From a virus: a stretch of DNA of 64,000 bases. Below, one piece after another: positions 57,147 to 64,000 of this stretch. The stretch is from the IMG/VR virus record IMGVR_UViG_3300020401_000002, positions 4,778-68,777 of that record; one strand, written 5' to 3'. The translations under genes were made by a program, and so were the position numbers. The notes beneath the pieces are model-generated. The model was given only the letters and a program-made list of their open reading frames with translations. It did no database searches and was not told the origin of the DNA. Each line of letters begins with the position of its first letter. The first letter of the stretch is position 1.

Positions 57147-57805
57147 TAGTATGATTGGTTAGAATAGTTACTGATTACTTTACCATCCTTAGTTTTCTTT
57201 TTGTAAGTCAGGTAATTTTTAAAATGATAATTAAAATGCTGTAGTTTATCTTTTGTTCTGCCTTGATTCATTCGATGAACAACAAAGTCTTCAATCTGTG
57301 CTATGACGAAATCAGTTTTGAATTTATTGTTCTTGGCAACAGCATTAATTAGTTTCTTATTGTTTCTATACTCCTCTGCCCAGTTATGTATATAGATTAT
57401 TTCATTATTATCATTGTTATCATTATTGTTTGATGACGTTTGTATAATTTTTGAATGACTTTTGTGTGATGTTTGTGTGACGTTCTCATCATTCCAATCC
57501 TGGTAATCATCATATTTTACAATGGTTACCAAGGAAAAGCTGCGTGATGGATTGTCTATTTTTATCTCACCACTTTTTTTAAGTTTGTTTATAGCCTTTC
57601 TAACCCTGGAAAAGGTCATGTTAAGCTGTTCCATTAACTTAGGTGTGGAGGTTATATGCTGTCCTCTCGCTACGTTTTGTCCTCTTACTTTATTAGGCTT
57701 GTGATTTGCCATGAGAAGTAAATGTAAAAACACCCTGGAGGTATCTGCACAAGTGTACCACTCCCACTCAATTACTTTTCTGTGTAGTGCTATGAATCCC
57801 TCCAT
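57146..57805 (-). CDS. Phage replication initiator (lambda O/DnaD-like N-terminal wHTH)
   Basis: GFIALHRKVIEWEWY...VFLHLLLMANH...RGQ...VTIVKYDDYQ, followed by a low-complexity linker carrying DNA repeats. Confidence 0.75.
   Translation of the reverse strand: MEGFIALHRKVIEWEWYTCADTSRVFLHLLLMANHKPNKVRGQNVARGQHITSTPKLMEQLNMTFSRVRKAINKLKKSGEIKIDNPSRSFSLVTIVKYDDYQDWNDENVTQTSHKSHSKIIQTSSNNNDNNDNNEIIYIHNWAEEYRNNKKLINAVAKNNKFKTDFVIAQIEDFVVHRMNQGRTKDKLQHFNYHFKNYLTYKKKTKDGKVISNYSNQSY
57430..57484 (-). repeat. Five imperfect 11-bp direct repeats (candidate origin iterons)
   Basis: - strand: AACGTCACACA AACATCACACA AAAGTCATTCA AAAATTATACA AACGTCATCAA, followed by an AT-rich stretch. Confidence 0.6.
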
Positions 57806-58286
57806 CTCTTCTTAACTTATTGTTTTCTAACATTAGTTTGTAAATGATTTTTCTTTGATGCATAATATATGAATCCTTAATGAGTTTTGATCTAAACCCT
57901 TCTTCGAGTTGGGGGATGTGTCCTCTGATCCTTAAAAGCTGATGTAGTTCTTTTATGATGTTATGATAAATCTCTTTTATAAGAGGATTGTACACCTTAT
58001 AAGTTTCTTCAAATGCTTTGTATCCATGCAAAACTGTAGCATGATTCTTCGGCTTTCCACTTCTATCACGAAATAGCTGACCTATTTCTCCAAGTGTTAG
58101 GCTTGTATAATGGAAATATACGTTGTAGTACATACCTCTCCACTCAACAAGTTTTCTTTTTCTGCTTCCATTCTTGACTGGGGTATTGTACTCCAGGTAA
58201 AGTCCATGATTTATAAGAATGTTACTCACGGAGTCTGACGTAAGCACAGGTTGTCTCCTGATATTTGTAATTCTATCTGTGTCCAT
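57768..58286 (-). CDS. DnaA C-terminal-like HTH protein
   Basis: SRKRKLVEWR...LTLGEIGQLF...KNHATVLHG resembles DnaA domain IV (EIG..F..RDHTTV.H); probable start MDTDR at 58286. Confidence 0.65.
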   Translation of the reverse strand: MDTDRITNIRRQPVLTSDSVSNILINHGLYLEYNTPVKNGSRKRKLVEWRGMYYNVYFHYTSLTLGEIGQLFRDRSGKPKNHATVLHGYKAFEETYKVYNPLIKEIYHNIIKELHQLLRIRGHIPQLEEGFRSKLIKDSYIMHQRKIIYKLMLENNKLRRDGGIHSTTQKSN

Positions 58287-58299
58287 ATTAATAAAAGTT

Positions 58300-58329
58300 A
58301 AAAAGGAGGAGGACTGTGAATCCTCCCCC
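58300..58329 (-). terminator. Intrinsic terminator after SSB-like gene
   Basis: - strand GGGGGAGGA-loop-TCCTCCTCC followed by TTTTT. Confidence 0.65.
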
Positions 58330-58352
58330 AAATCAAACAAAATGAAAAAAAA

Positions 58353-58643
58353 TTAAGGTAAGTCGAAAAAGTTTTCTTCTTCTACTTTTTTCTGACTCTG
58401 TTGACTTTGTGGATTGTCAGTCTTTGCCCATCCTTGTCCTAAGCTATAGCTTTTCTTCTTATCAGCACAATAAGATGACATTGATATATTACCTTCGTCC
58501 CACTCAGCCACTTCTAGCCATAGTGTAGTACCGTACTTATCATCTTTTTTAAGAGATGATGCTTGGTCAGTTGCTAATTCTTTTAGCGTATCGTATTTGA
58601 AAGCTACGTTCCATTTACGTTTTGGTTGCATTTTGCCACTCAT
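58353..58643 (-). CDS. Putative single-stranded DNA-binding protein
   Basis: 96 aa, beta-rich, acidic/aromatic tail EEENFFDLP; follows exonuclease and annealing protein. Confidence 0.55.
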   Translation of the reverse strand: MSGKMQPKRKWNVAFKYDTLKELATDQASSLKKDDKYGTTLWLEVAEWDEGNISMSSYCADKKKSYSLGQGWAKTDNPQSQQSQKKVEEENFFDLP

Positions 58644-59371
58644 ATTAATTTATTTGAAATGTGATCGGAAAGGAAATTTAAATATTCACGACAATGAGCA
58701 ATCCTCTCCTTTAGTTGCTCAATGTGTTCTTCATTGTATTCTACTGGTATTTCTACTACTCTAAGTTGTGGAGGATGATGCTCAAAGGTATGATCCCTGA
58801 TAATTTTCTCTTCCTCTTCTAATGGCAAGTCAATTACACCTAGTTCTCTTGCTCTTCTGAACCTTACACCTTCAACAATATCTTCAGGTGTGTTCATAAG
58901 ACAACGAACAAGGGTAGCCTTTTTCATATTTGTCAACCACATATACCCTTGCAGTTGCCAATAGTAATCCTTATTGTAGCTTAATAAGTCTCCTGTATAA
59001 TACATCGGAAATGTTTTCATGGTAAATGAATTCTTGATATCCATCAGGCATTCATCTTTCCTGTATACATCAGGCTCTCCCTGGATGTAATCATTCCAAT
59101 ATCTTATTGCGTTCTTTACATAACGATTTTCTAAATCTCTGTTGTGAAGTTCGCTCACTAGATCAATTGCATCGTCCTCTACAAGTATACCTTTTTTCAT
59201 CTCCAGGGTTTGAATGTCATTAGTGTAGCCAAATAAGGCTTCCTTATGAAGTTCCTGGAGGAATGATTTAGTAGTTACTGATAGAGTTTCTTTCTTTGAT
59301 CTAGGGTTTGTCATAATCAATCCCAGGCTTGATGCTCTGAATTGATATTCTGTGAAGTCTGTTTCTCTCAT
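58640..59371 (-). CDS. YqaJ/lambda-exonuclease-like nuclease
   Basis: RASSLG, KG...E, GEPD, DIKNS and YYWQLQGYMWLT motifs. Confidence 0.8.
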   Translation of the reverse strand: MRETDFTEYQFRASSLGLIMTNPRSKKETLSVTTKSFLQELHKEALFGYTNDIQTLEMKKGILVEDDAIDLVSELHNRDLENRYVKNAIRYWNDYIQGEPDVYRKDECLMDIKNSFTMKTFPMYYTGDLLSYNKDYYWQLQGYMWLTNMKKATLVRCLMNTPEDIVEGVRFRRARELGVIDLPLEEEEKIIRDHTFEHHPPQLRVVEIPVEYNEEHIEQLKERIAHCREYLNFLSDHISNKLI

Positions 59372-59490
59372 TTAGATTTTTTTTTGTAGACAACGTAGTT
59401 GTTCTTTTTTAAGAGTTCGACTGCCTCTTCGACTTTCTTTTCGTTGTCTCTATACGCTTTAAAAATCTCGTTTTCTATCCATTCATTCAT
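59368..59490 (-). CDS. Small hypothetical protein, 40 aa
   Basis: Hand-translated MNEWIENEIFKAYRDNEKKVEEAVELLKKNNYVVYKKKSK; fills the gap with an ATGA overlap. Confidence 0.5.
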   Translation of the reverse strand: MNEWIENEIFKAYRDNEKKVEEAVELLKKNNYVVYKKKSK

Positions 59491-59492
59491 AA

Positions 59493-59996
59493 CTATGCTT
59501 TTTTAATTCTAGTTACACCATCTTTATCAATGATTCCTAAAGCTACAACCTTACCATCAACAATCTTATTCTTGACAGTCCAACCAAATAAGTTTGGTTT
59601 ACCCTGGTTATTTAAATCTTTGTTCTCAAGTTTTAAGTTGAGGTTTTTATATGGAAGATCGTATAGTTCTCTTCCAATACCCCAATTTGTACAGGCTCTC
59701 TTAAATGAGTCAGATGCCTCACCCTTTTGACTGTGAACATTGGATGGCTCACCTACGTCATCTTTCCATATCCATTCGTTTCCGACTTTAATACCAACAG
59801 AACAAAATAGATTTCCTTTCTCCTCGTAGTGTTTCCTCATCCAGTTCTCCGTGCCCACGACATCATCAAGTCTTGCCATGTCCACTCTTGCATCTTTGTA
59901 GATTAATAGTGAACACCATCCATTCCTGAATGATCCCACTCTAACTTCTAAGTCTTCTCCTCTCAGAGGACTCTTCAAATTTTTCAATGTATTCAT
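59493..59996 (-). CDS. Sak/Rad52-like single-strand annealing protein
   Basis: YKDAR....LD..VG..NW, W.WK.D.G and KGEASDSFKRA...WGIGRELY motifs. Confidence 0.8.
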   Translation of the reverse strand: MNTLKNLKSPLRGEDLEVRVGSFRNGWCSLLIYKDARVDMARLDDVVGTENWMRKHYEEKGNLFCSVGIKVGNEWIWKDDVGEPSNVHSQKGEASDSFKRACTNWGIGRELYDLPYKNLNLKLENKDLNNQGKPNLFGWTVKNKIVDGKVVALGIIDKDGVTRIKKA

Positions 59997-60387
59997 CTTT
60001 TATTTTATTTAAGTTAATTGGATTCTTTTTTTTTATGTCAGCTAATTGACTATACAAGTTGTCAACCCTGATTTGCTTCCTTTCCATCTCTTCGTCTGTA
60101 CTGCATTTTTTACGTCTTGTTTTTTCCAGTTCAGAATGTTTATAAGTGTATGAAAGGGAATTTGAAAGTTCACGCAGTCCGTTTACATGAGCAAACATCA
60201 CACGCCAATCTTCCATCACATAGTATATGTCGCTTGAAGTGTTGTACATCTCAAATCGATCATTTCCTAAGTTAACTAGTTGCACCCTGGGAAGAATAAT
60301 TTTCTCTTCGTCTTTAAATCTTGTGATTGGTAGGATGCGAGATTCTTTTTCATAAATCTGACTAAGTAATATATCTCTTAATTTCAT
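59941..60387 (-). CDS. Hypothetical protein
   Basis: 148 aa ORF overlapping neighbours. Confidence 0.55.
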   Translation of the reverse strand: MKLRDILLSQIYEKESRILPITRFKDEEKIILPRVQLVNLGNDRFEMYNTSSDIYYVMEDWRVMFAHVNGLRELSNSLSYTYKHSELEKTRRKKCSTDEEMERKQIRVDNLYSQLADIKKKNPINLNKIKDEYIEKFEESSERRRLRS

Positions 60388-60637
60388 TTAAATATGTTTC
60401 TCTCTTTTTTAAAGTTTCTGCAGTTGTATCGATACGTTCCATAAACTGCTCTTTCGTCATAACACCTGTAGCATATCTCATAACTAATGCCAGGCATTGA
60501 AATCGTATACTAACTACTTGGTCTTCTACGAACACCTTGTGTTTGTACAACCTGATCTTCTTTATGTGAGTTGGTATACTCATAGTACTCGAAATCAAGT
60601 TTAAGTTCATTAACAATGTCTTGATCAATCTTATCAT
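60362..60637 (-). CDS. Hypothetical protein
   Basis: 91 aa ORF in the operon. Confidence 0.5.
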   Translation of the reverse strand: MIRLIKTLLMNLNLISSTMSIPTHIKKIRLYKHKVFVEDQVVSIRFQCLALVMRYATGVMTKEQFMERIDTTAETLKKRETYLNEIKRYIT

Positions 60638-60648
60638 ATAATAAAGTT

Positions 60649-61035
60649 TTAATTAGTCCCATTTTCTTTCCGTGATTTAGCTATATTCTGAATCAATTCT
60701 ACGAGGTCTAATGGGTTTGCATCCTCGTGACTTCCGATGTGCCAAAAAGTATTAAATCGGATTGTGTACTGCTCATCAAAGGTATGATAATCATATATTT
60801 CATACACCTTTGAATCCCAGACTAATACCCAAGACTTCTGGACAGTCCCATCAGAATTAGCATTAGGAAAGGTAGGTTTGCCAAGTATGTCAACGAGTTG
60901 ATCGTAGCTTACATTGGTGATCCTGTACCCTTTAAAACTTGTTAAATGTAATTTGTCAAGTGCAGTTGCTTGTTCGTGAACCGCATGAACCCACATAGAG
61001 TCAGGCAATTCAGTAATTTTAGTTTGACTTTCCAT
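60649..61035 (-). CDS. Hypothetical phage protein
   Basis: 128 aa; TS.KG...SYDQLV..LG.P...W...IYDY...WHIG pattern seen in phage early genes. Confidence 0.6.
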   Translation of the reverse strand: MESQTKITELPDSMWVHAVHEQATALDKLHLTSFKGYRITNVSYDQLVDILGKPTFPNANSDGTVQKSWVLVWDSKVYEIYDYHTFDEQYTIRFNTFWHIGSHEDANPLDLVELIQNIAKSRKENGTN

Positions 61036-61092
61036 ATTAGATTTAATTTAATTGTTGACAAGTTACAAACAATTATTCTAAAAACCTAGAAT

Positions 61093-61119
61093 AAAAAAAG
61101 GGAAGATTTCTCTTCCCCT
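61093..61119 (-). terminator. Intrinsic terminator
   Basis: - strand GGGAAGA-GAAA-TCTTCCC followed by T7. Confidence 0.75.
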
Positions 61120-61145
61120 GAAAAAATTCGTATTCGACTTTTTGT

Positions 61146-61526
61146 CTAATCGTGTGATTGTTCCTTGTGAGCGTAGTCACACGCATCGTTATACAGGTTT
61201 CTATTGACCTTATATACATAATCAACAAAGTAGTTATTCCATTCTACCTGTGATTCAAGTTCAGCATTCTTCTCTTGCAGTCTTTCTTCATCGTATGCAT
61301 CAGAGGATTTATCTCCTCTCTTTTCATAGTCATCTATAAGACTTTCCAGTTCCATGCTTTTCATTTCATGATACGGTATTGTATATGGTTTGTGTGGAGG
61401 AATCCAAGTTCCCCCACCATCACCATCATTCCATATGATTACGTTTTTTACGTTTGTGGTACATTCATATCCTGTACCTCTGCGAGTTTGAAAGTATCGC
61501 ACATTTGTGACTTCTAATTTTGCCAT
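61146..61526 (-). CDS. Hypothetical early protein
   Basis: 126 aa; YFQTRRG and NDGDGGGT motifs. Confidence 0.6.
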   Translation of the reverse strand: MAKLEVTNVRYFQTRRGTGYECTTNVKNVIIWNDGDGGGTWIPPHKPYTIPYHEMKSMELESLIDDYEKRGDKSSDAYDEERLQEKNAELESQVEWNNYFVDYVYKVNRNLYNDACDYAHKEQSHD

Positions 61527-61759
61527 GAGTATTCATTTTTAAATTCGTTAGTAATATATTCCATTAAATTCTTTTGAGATGTTTGTAACACCTGGGCAAG
61601 TAATTTAAACTTCTTAGGATCAGGAATGGACAATCTAATGTGTCCGTTTGTGATCTCAACATCAAAACTGTGGATCGAAAATCCAAATTCTGTGTTTGCG
61701 TAGAGACTTACTTCTGCATTCTCCACGTCAATGTGTAAAGAAAATTTTGAATGTAACAT
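61514..61759 (-). CDS. Hypothetical early protein
   Basis: 81 aa, overlapping both neighbours. Confidence 0.5.
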   Translation of the reverse strand: MLHSKFSLHIDVENAEVSLYANTEFGFSIHSFDVEITNGHIRLSIPDPKKFKLLAQVLQTSQKNLMEYITNEFKNEYSWQN

Positions 61760-62055
61760 TATATTAAGTATTTAGTTCTAGTTAAAAATTCCATGATATC
61801 GGTTTTGTTCTCGATCATGTAGTCCCATAGGGCATCACCAATCGTTTCACAAATCCTTTCATGGTGCTCTAATACAGCATCTCTCATAATACCCTGTAGG
61901 TATTCTCTGTGCTGTTCTGTGATCTCAAGAGTTGTGTCAAGATCAATGCCTTTGTCGTTTTCCATATGCACCCAGTCATCGACTTTGTACGCAACGTCTT
62001 CGGCAGTCCATTCGAGACAAGTAGCTTTTACTTGTTCTTTAAATAATTCAGTCAT
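61759..62055 (-). CDS. Hypothetical acidic early protein
   Basis: 98 aa, TAATG-coupled. Confidence 0.55.
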   Translation of the reverse strand: MTELFKEQVKATCLEWTAEDVAYKVDDWVHMENDKGIDLDTTLEITEQHREYLQGIMRDAVLEHHERICETIGDALWDYMIENKTDIMEFLTRTKYLI

Positions 62056-62118
62056 GTCTTTTCATTTTTAGTTTGACAATTACTATCGCTGTTTCCCAAC
62101 AGTAATAGTTTCGGAAAA

Positions 62119-62403
62119 TCATTCCTCATCAGATTGCCTGTGCATTACTGTGATCTCCTCAAATGTTACAACAGTCCTGGGATGATTAGTACTATCGTTG
62201 TAGTGAATGTGTATCACTTCTTCAGGATGAAATGACTTCCTCCTGTTGATCTTACGATATTCTAACGCAGTCTCCATACTGTCAAACATCAGATGTGTTC
62301 TTAGATAAGGTGTATCCTTTCTAATTTTACCACCTTCGCAAATGTATTGGTCTCTACTGTTCTTCAAGTACCATCCAAAAGTTTCTCTGCTCTCTGTTAC
62401 CAT
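62119..62403 (-). CDS. Hypothetical early protein
   Basis: 94 aa ORF. Confidence 0.5.
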   Translation of the reverse strand: MVTESRETFGWYLKNSRDQYICEGGKIRKDTPYLRTHLMFDSMETALEYRKINRRKSFHPEEVIHIHYNDSTNHPRTVVTFEEITVMHRQSDEE

Positions 62404-62735
62404 TGGTCATTATTTTCATTGAAATCATATTCCATCTCCAGTTCCCAAAGGTTCTGATCATCGTTGTAGAAATCATAGGCATTATCTAATGATCCTTCAG
62501 TTCCGATCCTGATCTCCTCCCTGGAGGGAATGTGTTGACCGTAGGGATTTCTAAATGATTCATTGGGGAGGAAATACAATCCTGATTGTAATCCTCTCAT
62601 AGCTGATCTGCCCAATGTACCTTCCATTGACCAAACCCATCCTTTGTCGATCCATTTTTGCATCCTCTCAATCGTTGGAAAGTCTGCTTGTCGTTCTCTT
62701 ATAAATTTTTCTTTTGCTTTCATTTTAATAGTCAT
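62397..62735 (-). CDS. Hypothetical early protein
   Basis: 112 aa; Q.WID.G.VWSMEG..GR.A motif. Confidence 0.6.
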   Translation of the reverse strand: MTIKMKAKEKFIRERQADFPTIERMQKWIDKGWVWSMEGTLGRSAMRGLQSGLYFLPNESFRNPYGQHIPSREEIRIGTEGSLDNAYDFYNDDQNLWELEMEYDFNENNDQW

Positions 62736-62982
62736 TAATTAATTTATCTAAATGTTCCAGGAGTTTATCCATGTCCTTGATCTCATTCACCAGGAGTAAC
62801 CCAGCATCGTATAAGATGTCGTCATTTCTTTCTAATAGAATCCTTTGGTTTTGCATAAAACCATTTTCATCGTATTCTCCTTCTACTCTGATCTCTTCTT
62901 CTACTCCATCTACGGATGTAAAAGTTAGGTATCCGACAGTTACTGTCAGAAAATGATATTCTGATTCTTTTTTAATGTTCAT
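62725..62982 (-). CDS. Hypothetical acidic early protein
   Basis: 85 aa, ATGA-coupled. Confidence 0.5.
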   Translation of the reverse strand: MNIKKESEYHFLTVTVGYLTFTSVDGVEEEIRVEGEYDENGFMQNQRILLERNDDILYDAGLLLVNEIKDMDKLLEHLDKLINDY

Positions 62983-63578
62983 TTTAAAGAGTTTTTAAGT
63001 TCATTTGATGTTATACCATAGTTATTGAATAATAAGTCCTCAAATCGATCTAAATCAGCCTTCTTGATCATGATATCAGTTGACTGACTAAAGACGTTTG
63101 ATGTCGGTGACATAATTACCCAAATAGGGAAATATAAATCCAGGTGTTGTTCACCTAAATCATCCAGGAATTGATTGAGGGTAAGTTTGTGAGATATTGT
63201 CTCATCTACCCATCCTGTATACCATCCATCAAATGACGTAAATTCGTCTCTGATCTCAGGTTTGTAGTATCCTCTCCAGGCATCAGTTCTTACATACTCG
63301 AAACCGTTGATCGGTAGAGTCTGTTCTGTGTCTCCCCAAAGTTCTTCCAGGTATTCATTGGCAAAACCAAATTCTTTACTCCAGTAAAACTTTTTACCTT
63401 CCTCATGCTCGTGATGACCAAAGCTAATTAGCGTTGGAGGATGATCCCACACAGCATCTGCACAAGATTCACATAGAATCTGTCCATCTTGAGTCTCTCT
63501 TGAGTACTCATTGTCATAATCGATCTCGTGATCGCAATCATTACATTTTTCCATTTTTATGTATTTTAAGTTTGACAT
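62979..63578 (-). CDS. Hypothetical protein with N-terminal Zn ribbon
   Basis: CNDC...CESC; TDAWRGY and TSNVFS motifs. Confidence 0.6.
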   Translation of the reverse strand: MSNLKYIKMEKCNDCDHEIDYDNEYSRETQDGQILCESCADAVWDHPPTLISFGHHEHEEGKKFYWSKEFGFANEYLEELWGDTEQTLPINGFEYVRTDAWRGYYKPEIRDEFTSFDGWYTGWVDETISHKLTLNQFLDDLGEQHLDLYFPIWVIMSPTSNVFSQSTDIMIKKADLDRFEDLLFNNYGITSNELKNSLK

Positions 63579-63610
63579 ATACTCCCAAATGAATGGGAGT
63601 TTCGGTTAAC

Positions 63611-63970
63611 CTAAACCTCATCAGTATGCCTGGGCAATCCTTTCTTACTATAAGTCTTAATTATGTGTTTATATAGTTTGTATCTGTTGCCTTCATCAAG
63701 ATCAGCAAGGAACGTAAAAAATCCGTTCTTATCGTTCTGAATTCTTGCCATGAATTTCTCATGTAGGTGTTTGACCAGGGTAGGATCATCCTTCCAGGTT
63801 GCATCTATGAAATGCTCATTCCAGTATTGGAAATTCCATCCATACCATACAATGTCATCCATGATCTGATAAACTGCATTAAAATTCATGAGGAGTTTTT
63901 GATGTCTTCGACTCTCCTCCTCGCCTAGCTTACGTCTGATCTTAGCAAGTTTTGACTCTAATAGTGTCAT
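63611..63970 (-). CDS. Hypothetical early protein
   Basis: 119 aa ORF. Confidence 0.55.
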   Translation of the reverse strand: MTLLESKLAKIRRKLGEEESRRHQKLLMNFNAVYQIMDDIVWYGWNFQYWNEHFIDATWKDDPTLVKHLHEKFMARIQNDKNGFFTFLADLDEGNRYKLYKHIIKTYSKKGLPRHTDEV

Positions 63971-64000
63971 TCTGCTTTTATCCTGTCTGATCTGCTCATA

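Noticed and set aside
1-64000. Stop-codon reassignment as in some crAss-like phages
   Set aside because: Long genes are intact under the standard code, and TAA, TAG and TGA all end genes at sensible boundaries. The one break (27398) is a frame change, not readthrough.

Overview
AT-rich segment of a tailed dsDNA phage genome. It is most likely a podovirus-type phage of a Bacteroidota (Flavobacteria-like) host: Bacteroidota TAnnTTTG -7 promoter boxes precede many genes, starts have A-rich leaders without Shine-Dalgarno motifs, and the head-tail gene order resembles crAss-like/Cellulophaga-type phages. The + strand (0.6-50.6 kb) carries tiny basic ORFs, a lysis cassette, two large fibre/structural proteins, a GroES-like gene, terminase, portal, scaffold, capsid, two tail ring proteins, a tail stabilisation (muzzle) gene, a glycosyltransferase cluster and three ejection proteins. 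The - strand (50.8-64 kb) carries nucleases, a methyltransferase, a metallophosphoesterase, a primase-helicase, a replication initiator with iteron-like repeats, SSB, exonuclease, a Sak/Rad52-like annealing protein and small early genes. The most unusual locus is 23.5-40.4 kb. The muzzle gene appears split around an ~8.7 kb insert. Its N-terminal part runs, via a T10 tract ending in TTT-TGA (+1 frame), into a mucin-like protein of long Ser/Thr tracts separated by Cys-bounded domains. An Asp-box propeller gene, the displaced muzzle C-terminus and four glycosyltransferases follow, one resembling eukaryotic protein O-glycosyltransferases. This suggests a phage-encoded, possibly switchable, glycosylated mucin-like tail appendage. 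All product calls come from motif recognition by eye; no database searches were run.
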